Source of the DNA: Mobula hypostoma
Lineage: Eukaryota
Reading direction: 5' to 3'
DNA length: 64,000 bases
Assembly (NCBI RefSeq): GCF_963921235.1
Contig: NC_086097.1
Coordinates: 222,086,001-222,150,000 of the forward strand
Shown: piece after piece, positions 1 to 10,867 of the stretch
Numbering within the stretch: the stretch's first letter is position 1
Layout of the letters: each line of letters opens with the position of its first letter
Position numbers and translations under genes: made by a program
The notes under the pieces: generated by a model
What the model saw: only the letters and a program-made list of their open reading frames with translations
Database searches by the model: none
What the model was told of the DNA's origin: nothing

Positions 1-149
1 AAATACTTTTAATATGAAGTTTAAAAATGTAATCTTATTCTCTGTGCCTCTACTTATAAAACCCATGATTCTGTATGGTGCTTTAACTGCTTTTTCAACT
101 TTGCCTGTAACTTACAATGAGTACCCCCAAATGTCCTGGTTAGACCATA

Positions 150-530
150 CGGGCATAAGACATAGGAGCACAATTACGCCATTCGGCTCATCAAGTCTGC
201 TCTGCCATTTCATCATGGCTGATCCATTTCCCTCTTAATCCCGTTCTCCTGCCTTCTCCCCAGAACATTTCATGCACCAACCAATCAAGAACCTTTCAAC
301 CTCTGCTTTAAATTCACCCAATAACCTTGGCCTCCACAGCTGCCCATGGCACAAATTCCACGGATTCACCACCTTCTGGCTAAAGAAATTCCTCCTCATC
401 TCTGTTCGCAAGTGACATTCTTCTATTCTGATGCTGTGCCCTCTGGTCCTATCACTGCCCCACTATAGGAAACGACTTCACCACATCCACTCTAAGCCTT
501 TCAATATTCAGTAGGTTGCAATGAGTTCAA
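150..530 (-). mobile_element. CR1 LINE 3' fragment
   Basis: Reverse complement carries the CR1 3' tail (TCTTATG), the terminal stem-loop and the ORF2 C-terminal 'RNFFSQKVVN.WN' motif. Confidence 0.85.
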
Positions 531-620
531 CCGTTCTTGTATTCATTTATGCAGTTATTTTTTCTTTTCTTTTTCTTGCTAGCAAAATGTCACATTTGTT
601 ACGTATACTACCATTCCACC

Positions 621-1194
621 ATTGGGGTGTATGGGGTGTCAGGGAGGGGTAGCACCTCTGGTGGAGGAACATGTCGCGTCCTTTTCAGGCGGTTAGTCCA
701 CCTTTGGTCCCCACCTGGCACTCAACTCTCACCTGTGGCTCCCTGTAGCTGTTTGCATGCGACAGCGGCCATACCCCGGGCAACGGCTTCGACAAGCCGG
801 CTAAACCAGGTGAGGGTAGCCAATGGGTCTCAAACCCTCGGTGTGATAGGGAGTTGTCTATCCCAGCATGTGAAGACAGACTCCGGCGGATTGAGCGGAC
901 GAGACCTATGGAAGGTCCAACGGTCAAGAAGGCGGTCTCTGCAAGCGTCGTAGAACGTGTCGAGCAGGACAAGACACAGAAGATGTCCTGGTCATCCACT
1001 GCACCTAGTCTCATCTCCAGCCGTCTAGACGCTGTCTTGCCACTGGATCCAGATGGGAATTGGGAAGAGAGAGTGAGGCTGACGCTGCGCAACTCTCCCT
1101 CACTTAAATCCAAATCACGCGCTAGTCTCGACACCATCATAATGGTGTCGAGGTCCTCATCGACGTCAATGATGGACGAACAACCAACCAACCA
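621..1194 (+). mobile_element. Full-length non-autonomous RTE-like retroelement (SINE-like, non-coding) with (CAAC)n tail
   Basis: 11-bp TSD ACCATTCCACC at 610-620 and 1195-1205; tandem CAAC tail; 11-bp perfect stem 1127-1152 near the 3' end; second, 5'-truncated copy at about 61554-61803. Confidence 0.85.
624..816 (+). ncRNA. Candidate HDV-like self-cleaving ribozyme at the retroelement 5' end
   Basis: P1 GGGGTGT (624-630 or 633-639)/ATACCCC (771-777); P2 CTCTCACCTG (726-735)/CAGGTGAGGG (807-816); P3 GGC (737-739)/GCC (768-770); P1.1 CC (741-742)/GG (778-779); P4 CGGCTT-CGAC-AAGCCG (784-799); J4/2 GCTAAA with putative catalytic C801. The order matches the HDV nested double pseudoknot. Confidence 0.7.
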
Positions 1195-1399
1195 ACCATT
1201 CCACCGAACTATCTACATTTCCCTCAAATCCACAACCATGCTGCTGAAAATTCACTGTACTCTCAAATTCTGTTTCATCTGCAAATGGGTAAATTGTTCT
1301 CTGAGTCATTAAAATGTTCAAAGAAAAATACTGGCCCAGCTATCCAGGCATCTTGTCCACATTTCCCTCCAGCCCAAACGTCTTTTTAATGAATATCTG

Positions 1400-2200
1400 C
1401 AGGCTTTCAGTGAGAAATGTACACCTTTATGCTAATTCTATCCTCCTTCAAATTTCTCGAACACTCTGATGTTAAACTGATTCCTTGAAGTTACTGGATG
1501 TTTCCCCACACTCTGTTTCTTTTTGAATAATGGTGTAACATTTGACATTTTCCAGTCCTCAGGTACCACCTATAGATGCCTGGAAGATTATGGCCAGGGT
1601 CTCTGTAATTTCATCCCTTGCTTTCCACAGCAACCTAGAATACATCCCATCTTGATCAGATAATTTGCTCAACTTAAGTGCAACTAACCCTTCTAATACC
1701 TCCTCTTTATCAATGTTTAGCATTCCAGAATCCCAACATCTTTTGATGAGATTTCAGCTGCAAATTCTTCCTCAAAAAAAAAGGTAAAATATCCATATAC
1801 CCCTGCTTCCAATTTTGGTCTCTGTTATTTAGTCCATCTCTCTTAAAAACCTCTTTTTACACATTCATAGATTGGATTCAGATATACTTTCAAATCTACT
1901 GCCAGTCTTTTCTCACGCTCTCTCTTTGCCTCTTTTACTTGGATTTTTCCTTCTTCTGCTGATTTCTGGTTTCCAGTTTGTTACAGAAAACACTTCACTG
2001 ATCTCTCAAAATCTCAGTTCTCCCAAATCAATTTACTCATCCTTCCCTCCAAATTGTAACTCCCAGTTCACCAAAACATATGTGTTGTTCTCTGGCTCCC
2101 ATTTTCTCAAAAATAACCTTTGACAACATTGGGTCACAATTTTCCAAAAACTCATTTGAAGTCATCTCTCACTGCAAATTCCCCGAGAATATATAATCAG
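1400..2200 (-). mobile_element. Old, highly decayed CR1 ORF2 remnant
   Basis: Antisense of the EN-RT linker ('G.DGM..R.L.E...EI...L..IF....GVVPEDWK..NVTPLFKK') around 1510-1680. Confidence 0.55.
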
Positions 2201-2484
2201 TATCCGGTTGCCAATTATCCAAAATAATAGTGAGTCATTAGGATATGAACTATTATAAAGTAATTTGTTATGTCTTCTGCACTCTATATTGTGTGTCTTG
2301 AAAGGCTTGAAAAAAAAGCGTGTAAGCTCTTGACACCTTAATAGATATCATTACCGAGGTCTGCAAAATCAATAATCTGGAAAATTCGTAATGACCTGAA
2401 ATGCTGAGGTTAATGTTGCAGCAATTAGAGCAGAGTGCTTGACATGTGACTCAGCTCTTGCATCACCTGCAAAGCAAAACATCA

Positions 2485-3064
2485 GATGGGGTTGCTGGAA
2501 CACCTTCTATAGGTGTACGGTGGAAAGCATTCTGACAGGCTGCATCACCATCTGGTATGGGGAGGGGTGGAGAACTACTGCACAGGACCGAAAGAAGCTG
2601 CAGAGGGTTGTAAATTTAGTCGGCTCCATCTCGGGTACTAGCCTACAAGGAATCCAGGACATCTGCAAGGAGCGATGTCTCAGAAAGGCAGCGTCCATGA
2701 TTAAGTACCCTCAACACCCAGGGTGTGCCCTTTTCTCACTGTTGCCATCAGGTAGGAGGTACAGAAGCTGGAAGGCACACACTCAGCGATTCAGGAACAG
2801 CTTCTTCCCCTCTGCCATCCGATTCCTAAATGGACATTGAATCCTTGAACACTACCTCACTTTTTAAAAATATGTATTATTTCTGTTTTTGCACGATTTT
2901 TAATCTATTCAATATATGTTTACCGTAATTTATATATTTATTTATTTATTATTATTATTTTATTTTTTTCTTCTTCTAGATTATGTATTGCATTGAACTG
3001 CTGCTGCTAAGTTAACAAATTTCACGACACATGCCGGTGATAATAAACCTGATTCTGATTCTGA
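2485..3064 (+). mobile_element. Rex1/Babar LINE 3' end
   Basis: ORF 2439-2840 reads 'FYRCTVESILTGCITIWYG...RKKLQRVV...LFSLLPSGRRYRS...RFRNSFFPSAIRFLN'; AATAAA then (CTGATT)n tail. Confidence 0.9.
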
Positions 3065-3456
3065 GCTGTAACAATATTCACATGACATTCAAGTTAAAGT
3101 AACCTGCTGGAACAGTATCCAAAACACCACATTCAACAATCACTCCCTTTCTTCCATCGTCAGCACACCTAAAGGATCCAGAGCGAATGTTTAGCTGGAC
3201 ATTTAAAAATCATCTTCATCAGCTTCCAGAACAGTCCTGGCAAAGCAGATGCATGGAACCAGTATGTTAGTACAATTACACTAATCCAGCACACATGGGA
3301 CTTCATCGTGCCAAAGTAGCATTATCGGATGTTAATTTAATTACACTCCAATATACATTTAAATTAGTTTTGTAAAAGATGTGACCGAGTAACATTTAAT
3401 TGAACGTATGAAGTTTCAATACAGCATGTGCAACAGAACCAGGGGAGTTTAAAGGA

Positions 3457-4075
3457 AGCATAGAACATTACAGCATATTAGCTCACGGTGTTGTGCCGAA
3501 CTTTTACCCTATTCTAAAATTATTCTAGCCCTTCCATTCCACTCCAGCTTCTTTCACTCATGTCCTTATCTATGAGCTTCTTAAATGTCACTAATGTATC
3601 TCCCTCTACCATAACCCCTGGCTGTGCATTCCACACATCTACCATTCTCTGTATAAAAAATCTGCCTCTAACATCCTATACTTCCCTCTAATCACCTTAA
3701 AATAATGCCCACTGGTATTAACCATTTCCACCCTGGAAGAATGTCTTTGCTGTGTACTCTATCTATGCCTCCTATCATCTTATACACCTCTATCGAGTCA
3801 CCTCTCATCCTCTTTAACTCTAAAGAGAACAGACTTAGCTTCCTCAACCTATCCTTACAAGCCAAGTTCTCTAACGCAGTCAGCATCCTGGTAAATCTCC
3901 TCTGCACCCTCTCTAAAGTTTCTACATCCTCCCTAAAATGAGGCAACCAGAACTGAATAAAATACTCCAAGTGTGGCTAACCAGGGTCTGCAATGAACTA
4001 AACCAGGGCCTTGCAGCTCTTGAACTAAATCCCCGAGTTAATGAAGGCCAATACTCCATTTGCCTTCTTAACTAC
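3457..4075 (-). mobile_element. CR1 LINE 3' fragment
   Basis: ORF 3692-3970 'EYFIQFWLPHFREDVETLERVQRRFTRML'; tail at the left end. Confidence 0.9.
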
Positions 4076-4569
4076 CCAGAGTGCGTGTGGATCCAGATGT
4101 CCAGTAAGAGGAAGGGAGCATAGGAAATGAGCACTGAGCAGGAAGAGAGGATAAGAACAGGGTACTGGTGAAGGGAGAATAGAAACTAGAACTGCAGTAA
4201 ATATTCAGAGAACGCAGGAACTGTTGTTCTGGTGATCACTCAGGGAGTGCAGGAACTCTGGGTAGGTGGAAGACAGCACAGAAGAAAGCCTTGGAAAGTG
4301 CAAACACCACCCAGAGAGCATTCTGCCAAAACCACTGGAATTTCTGAATAATTCGATCACAGATGATTGGAGTTTTAAAAACAGATCACTCTGTCTTGTA
4401 AATACACCATTTTGGATACTGGGTCATGATCCCAGAACTTACCATGAAGAAGCTCCGTGGCAAACTTTCAACACACAGACTATACCAGTCTAGGAAGTGG
4501 AGTGGATCTCTGTAACCATTTCAGGGCCAATCAAGGATGGACAATAAAGAACATTTACAAAAATAAATA

Positions 4570-4928
4570 TAATGAGATAACGAGAGGCATTGATCATGTG
4601 GATTGTCAGAGGCATTTTCCCAGGGCTGAAATGTCTAGCATGAGAGGGCATAGTTTTAAGGTGCTTGGAAGTAGGTACAGAGGAGATGTCAGGGGTAAGT
4701 TTTTTTACGCAGAGAGTGGCGAGAGCGTGAAATGGGCTGCCGGTGGCGGTGCTGGAGGCAGAAACAATAGGGTCTTTTAAGAGACTCCTGGATGGATACA
4801 TGGAGCTTAGAAAAATAGAGAGCTATGGGTAACCCTAGGTAATTTCTAAGGTAGTGACATGTTCGGCACAGCTTTGTGGGCAGAAGGGCCTGTATTGTGC
4901 TGTAGGTTTTCTATGTTTCTATGTTTCG
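4570..4928 (+). mobile_element. CR1 LINE 3' end
   Basis: 'RGHSFKVLGSRYRGDVRGKFF' and (TTTCTATG)n tail. Confidence 0.9.
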
Positions 4929-5204
4929 ATTTTTTTTTGCTGATTTTAGGGTTGCTGTCATGACAGTGTCATTACAGGGTTGATTAACTTTTTTTTCTGG
5001 AGGTTGACAACACCATATTTTATTACAAAACATTCAGACTGGGCTATTAATAGCTGGTAGACTGTTCAGAACTAGAAGCAATAAAGAACAAAGGATGAAT
5101 AAGAGTCTTAATTAGTGACAACAGGTCATCAGAACAAGGTTATCTTCTAAGCAAAGTCTTTGGAGTTCCTGTTGTGGGCATTAGTCCTGCATTGCTCCAG
5201 CAGC

Positions 5205-5520
5205 TTTGATATTTATCAAACATCTTACTAAAATTGATACGCACCACATCCACAGCTCTAGATTCTTCAATGTGCTTAGTCACATCCTCAAGGAATTCAA
5301 TCAGGCTCACAAGGAATGGCCTGACCATCACAAAACTCTGATGTCTGTTCCAAATCCGTCTGTGTTTCTCTAAATGCTCGTAAATCCTTTCTTTAAGAAT
5401 CTTCTCCAATAATTTTCCCAATGCGCTTCTTATGGACCTTCTAGTCTATAAGTCCCAGGTTATCCCTATTCTACTTTCTTGAACAAAGGAATAATATGTG
5501 CCACCCTCCAAATATCTGGT
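5205..5520 (-). mobile_element. CR1 RT fragment
   Basis: ORF 5140-5421 'GKLLEKILKERIYEHLE...LIEFLEDVTKHIEE.RAVDVV..NFSK.FDK'. Confidence 0.85.
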
Positions 5521-6095
5521 TAAGGTTAGGAGAAATAAGAAAAAATAAAAATAAAACTTTAAATGATGATAATGAAATTGGTAATGATAGCTAGTCTGAG
5601 GTGAGTGAGAGAGCATATATTTATAAGATTATACCATCATGTAATGTTAAAAATGGAATAAATGGTAAAAAGATAAAATTAAAGGTGTTTTATGTGAACA
5701 CACTCAGTATTCACAAGATAAACAATTAGTGTCAGGAAGAAGGTTTGAGTAACCTAACATTTTTGCAGTCAATTAGAAGATAATATACCATTTTGATGAA
5801 GGTTGTTTTAGCATAATGGACTAATTACACCAAAAAGCTAATTACAAATTCTCCCAAAGGGATATTCAGAAGAGATAATTCTGGGAAGTAACAAAGAGAA
5901 TCTTCAAAAGGCAAGAATGATTAGATATTAAAAATAGCAAAGGAAGTCAAAGGATTGTTCAAAATTCAAAATTATGTAAATTCTCATTCAAGAGAACTCC
6001 CAAAGTGAATGAGCTCAGAACAATCTGATATGCTATTGTTTTTGGCAAAATTCACTGAGTATTTTCCAGTGATACTCATTAAATTCAGCCAGGAA

Positions 6096-6347
6096 AATTA
6101 TGTGTTGTAACTTCAAATCATGAAACTAATTCAAAGGAAAACACAGGAGTCAGATAATGCAGGTCTAGCTTCACGTTTACTTTAAGCGAGGCATGTACAT
6201 ATCACATGGTAGTGTGATGATGATCTATGCAATTCACGTATTTATACATATAACTCATAAAGAATCATTTAAACAAAGGAAGAATGCTTAATCAACAGCA
6301 TATTTACAAAATTACTCAAATATTACTGAAATATTAAATACACAACA
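6096..6347 (-). repeat. 3' LTR of Gypsy element
   Basis: Direct repeat of 9725-9969; begins TGTTGTGTATTT on the minus strand; same family as LTR 46409-46818. Confidence 0.9.
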
Positions 6348-6674
6348 CTCCTCTGTGCTTAACTATAAACTCCAATTAAATAGAGAATGCATCTCAGTTA
6401 TATATACGGTATATTATACTAAGTACAGACATCCACAGCATGGTAAATTGTTAAATTATCCCATTCAGGCCTAAAGATTTAATCGCTATGGAGGCTTTCT
6501 TACTATTGTGGGATAATGTATTTTCTGACAAGAGCAGTCACTTTGCTTGGCAGTTGAGACTTGTGGCTATAAAAACAATCTCAAGTTCTGGGGCTTCCTC
6601 TGTGGTGGTTGAAGGAGTTGACTCTGAGACTGCAGGAAGTGGTTCTTTCAGCTCTGGACACCTTTCTTCTCGTT

Positions 6675-7345
6675 TTGTCTCCCTGGATCTACGATCCCTT
6701 TCTTTTTCTTTCTCATGTTCCTTCTCTCTTTCACACCATTCTCTTTCTTGTTTATATTCTTTCTTTCTATCTCTTCTTTCCTTTTTCTTCTTCTAGTTTG
6801 TGCATCTTGATCTTGGGAAGCTCCATTTAGTTCACTGGAGTATTCTCTTATTAATCCTTCTTTTGCTCCTTTTATGCTCTGATCTCTCCTTTTGGATTCC
6901 TCATCCACAATATCACCTGAAAAACCCCCTGTTTTCGTATCTCCATCATCTCCTTTCTTTTTGGCCTTCCATTCATCCAGCTGGGCTGTGGTCTTTGCCT
7001 CTAATTTTACAAGCACTCTTTTATCTCCCACCTGAAGTAGTATCTGATTGTTTATACTCACAAAAAGCCAAATACTTGCAACTTTCCTGAAGCTCCTTGA
7101 ACTCACTTTCACAGAGTCATTGAGAAGCAAAGCACAAAAAAGCAGTTTAAAACCAAGCCACATTTTTCAAGTAACTGCCTGATTAACATATGAGAAGCTT
7201 TCTCAGAAATGCTGCCTACAAAATCTATTGCTGTCAGACCACTATTTTCGTCACTTCCACAATTTCTCGTGAAGGTGACAATGCAGCATGGCCTTTCTTG
7301 GTCAATATGCTTTCCAACCAGAGTTATGGAGGTTGGCACCAACAC
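6675..7345 (-). pseudogene. RBM25: Processed (intron-less), frameshifted RBM25 fragment (RRM to ER-rich region) captured inside the Gypsy element
   Basis: Minus-strand translations 'VLVPTSITLVGKH', 'DENSG...FVGSISEKASHMLIRQLLEKCGLVL', 'VQGASGKLQ.FG..CEYK', 'LQVGDKRVLVKLEAKTTAQLDEWKAKKK', 'DEESKRRDQSIKGAKEGLIREYSSELNGASQ', 'HKLEEEKGKK' and KE/RE repeats match vertebrate RBM25 as I recall it. Confidence 0.9.
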
Positions 7346-8456
7346 CTATTTATCCACTGTTGGGCAATGGTTCATGGTGTTCAGCATGGAGACAGTTGTG
7401 GCATCATCCAGTGCCGTTCTTAATTAGTTGGCTTCATTGCAGAGATGTGGCATGCAAGTGGTGGATGGATCTCCAATCAAGTTGTAGTTGTGTCAGTCAA
7501 TCATGTCCCCACAATGCTGGTCCTCCTGTTTTTACCACATACACGCTCAATGTGGTTTGTTGGTTGTTGTATTTCACTGTTGCAAAAGTCATTCCCACAG
7601 GAGTTATCTTTTCTCCAGTATAAGTTCTTAGTTGGATACCTGCAGGCTTCTGTTTGGTATCTTTGAAATGCTGTTCAAACTCATTTTGTGGAATGACTGA
7701 AACAGCTGAACATGTGTCCAATTCCATTTTAATTAATTTACCATTCATATTGCTTGGCTATGGTTAATTTTCACATTGTAAATCTTAAGGCTAGTCGGTT
7801 CTGTGTCACTCTCATCTTTATCAGATTTTTCATCAACAGCTTGCAGATCAGTGCTCTTTTTGAAACTGCAACTTGATTTTTTAGCTTTTCTCTTCCCTAT
7901 GCAGTCCAGTTATTTTTGTCTGCCCGGCATACTCTTTGTATGTGCGCTACCTTGTTGTAATTTTTGCTTTTAACCCACATTGATCTGTCGAATGTGAGTC
8001 CCTGCCCCGATGGTAACACAATTTGTTCAGCCTGGCCAGTTTCAGTATAGACTTTGCAACTTTATTCACACTGTCATATCTGACTCAGTTGTGTCTCACT
8101 CTGCAGTTTTCATTGAACAGCGATTTCAACTCCTTTTAAATGTAAGTTGTACTTCAGTTAGGAGCCATTTTTGAATGCTTTCTTGTAAGATTCCACGAAC
8201 TAAATGATCTCTTCGTGCATGATTAAGCCCATACCGAACTGACCGTGCTCAGACAATCTCTTCAATTCAGCAACATACACTGAACTGGAATCCCCTTCTT
8301 TTTAATTCTGCTTAAGAAACCTAAAGCATTCTGCAATTAACGATGATGTTGATTCTAAATTTTCCTGCATTACTTTGACAACATCAACTCTTTTCTATGA
8401 TTATTATCTGCCAGTACTTCCTCTTTATGAACCTGTGAATTGTTCTGTTTTCCATG

Positions 8457-9572
8457 GTTACAGTTACAGATTGCACAAGCTACCTGGGTCATAAGGACGC
8501 TGTACAGATGAACGTTGCACAAGTTGCCTCCGTCTCTCACGGTTGTGGGTGAGCGCCTGGGTTGTGGCAAAGCTCTCTCCAGTCCACTCTGCAATGTTGT
8601 CTGTCCATTTCTTCCTCTGTCTGCCACTTTTTCTTTCCCCCTGCACCGTTCCTTGAACAATGGTCTATGAGAATCCACTTGGTCTTGTTATGTGGCCGTA
8701 CCATCTCAGATTCCTCTTCTTTACCGTGGAGAGTAGGTCTTCATTGTGAAGCTTTTTGTACTTCATCGTTTGAGACATGGTCTGTATAGGAGATGCCGAG
8801 GAGCTTTCTGAAGCTGCCTGGATCTTCTTTTGCAGTTCTGCTGTCAAAGTCCACAATTTGCATGTATACAAGAAGATGGAGAGCACAAGTGCATGCAAGA
8901 ATTTCAACTTGGATCTGAGAGCAATGCTATTATCTCTCCAGACTGGTTTTAGTTCAGCCAGCATTGCTGTTGTTTGGGCTGTCCTTGCAAGGACTTCAGG
9001 CCTTGATCCTTCTTAGTCGATAGTGAGCCAAAACTTTTGAACTGTTTGACAGTCTCTAGTTCGTGTCCAGTCCCTGTGATTTTTGTTGTGATTGGCTCCC
9101 CAATGTTTCTCGTCAGCTTGGTTTTCTCTGTGCTGGTTTCCATACCATATCTGGTAGATGTATCAGCCAGACAGTTAACAAGGCATCCTCACTTCCTGCC
9201 AGCCCATCAATGTCATCAGCAAACCTGAGGTTGGTTATGATTTATCTTCCGATGCCAACTGTGCTGATATGGTCTTCCAGGGCATCTGTCATTATTTGCT
9301 CCTGGAAAATGTTGGAACAGCATGGGTGAAAGGAGGCAGCCTTGTTGGACTCCAACTGATGTGCGGAACCACTCTCCAACTGTGCTCTGAAAATTACCAC
9401 AGCACTAGATTTGGTGTAGAGCTGCTTAATGGTTTGCATCAGCTTCTGGCTCATGTTGTATCTCTTCATGGTGGTCCAGAGTACATTATGCCACACCCTA
9501 TTGCATGTCTTCTTGAAGTCTATGAACCCATGGAGGATGTCCTGTTGATGTTGATATTTCTGTTGTCCAACA
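8457..9572 (-). mobile_element. RTE-clade LINE, 5'-truncated, nested in Gypsy gag
   Basis: 'FIDFKK..NRVWH..LW', 'ITNLRFADDIDG', 'ALVLSIFLY.C..WTLT', 'GRQRKKWTDNI.EWTG'; (TGTAAC)n tail. Confidence 0.9.
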
Positions 9573-9724
9573 TTTTTCAAAAACTCGTGTCTTCCCTTCC
9601 AAAGAACATGTGCTGTTTTGTTTCACTGTTCCTTGCTGCAATTTTTTAAAAACTTGAACGCCCCGTTGTGCTTCAACAGGTCGGAAGCCTTCCAGGGTTC
9701 ATTTTAAAAACACCTCATCACCAA

Positions 9725-9969
9725 AGTTATGTTTAGTAATTTCAAAACATTAAACTGATTGAAAGGAAGACACAGGAGTCCAGGAATGCAGGTCTAACTT
9801 GGAGTTTACTTTAAGCAAGGTGTGCACGTATCACATGTAAGTGATGACATGTAATTCACATGTTTATACATATAACTTGAAATGAATTATTTAAACAATG
9901 AAAGAATGCTTAATCAACAACATATTTACAAAATTACTCAAATATTACTGAAATATTAAATACACAACA
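9725..9969 (-). repeat. 5' LTR of Gypsy element
   Basis: Direct repeat of 6096-6347, followed on the minus strand by the PBS. Confidence 0.9.
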
Positions 9970-9974
9970 GCTAC

Positions 9975-10325
9975 TTAGTGTTGAGGAAGCAGAAAATCTG
10001 CAGCAAGGCATGGACAGATTAGAAGAATGGGCAAAGAGGTGCTAGATGGAATTCCGTGAGGGGAGGTTATGGCCATGCAGTTTGGTAGAAAGAATAAAAA
10101 TGCTGACTATTCTCTAATCAGGAAACAAATACAGAACGTAGAGGTGCAAATGGACTTGGAAGTCCTCAAGTAGGATTCCCTAAATGTTAACTTGTAGGTT
10201 GAGTTAGTAGTAAGGAAAGTAAATGCATTAATTTCAAGAGGACTGGACTAGGATGAAATACTAAGGCTCTATAAGGCATAGGTCAGACTGCACTGGAGTA
10301 TTGTGAGCAGTTTTGGGCTGTTGGC
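9975..10325 (+). mobile_element. CR1 RT C-terminal fragment
   Basis: Decayed 'RLEEWAKRW.MEF...MQFGRKN...LYKA.VRLHWSIV' segment. Confidence 0.8.
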
Positions 10326-10867
10326 CAGAAGAACTACAATCAGCGAACAGGAAATGAAATGGCCATTTTGTGAGACTGTCCTTGCAACTGCCATTCTGCG
10401 CATTGTTCAATGAATTGAATCTTGCTCTGAGCAATTGAACACGGACACAAGAGGTTTCTGCTACTGATCCGTTAAACCTGAGGCCATTCTCAGATAAGCT
10501 GACTATTGTGCATAATGGTAGGTTTGCAGAAGTAATCTCATCATCTTGGGGCCAGTGTCATCCTGACCTGGTTTAACTGGTTTGAACCAGTCAGAGTTGA
10601 ATAGAACAGATGTAAAAGGATCTAGTTGTTCCCCAACATATATGATGAAGAAACTCTTCTCATGCTTCCAACCAAAAGAAGTTACCGAAGGCACAAAGTT
10701 GAAGATGGGACATAACATAATAATACTTATAGCCCCTGGGCTACATCCAATGGAATCTGACACAGTTAAGTCAAATGACCTTGACCCAACGAAATTGAAA
10801 AGACCATAAGACCATAAGATATAGGAGCAGAATTAGGCCAGGCTATTTGCCCTATTACCTCCCTATG

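Larger units (their letters stand above)
6096..9969 (-). mobile_element. Gypsy/Ty3 LTR retrotransposon, defective (gag and protease kept; RT/RH/IN replaced by a host-gene fragment; RTE nested in gag)
   Basis: Two similar LTRs (6096-6347 and 9725-9969); decayed PBS TGGTGATGAGG next to the 5' LTR (tRNA-Ser(GCT) type TGGCGACGAGG); PPT AGAGGAG before the 3' LTR; protease ORF 7497-7748 'MELDTCSAVSVIP'; collinear with the copy at 39555-46818. Confidence 0.9.

Noticed and set aside
537..1312. Overlapping ORFs on both strands (138, 168 and 152 aa), repeated at 61542-61824
   Set aside because: They lie in a GC-rich repeat, cross its boundaries and show no recognisable domain; the repetition reflects copy identity, not coding selection.
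6648..7345. RBM25 as a functional host gene or exon set
   Set aside because: Frameshifts, a scrambled segment, no introns and a position inside an LTR element make it a captured pseudogene fragment.
10325..10800. ORFs 10503-10763 and 10582-10809 in an unassigned segment
   Set aside because: No recognisable protein similarity or exon structure; origin unknown.
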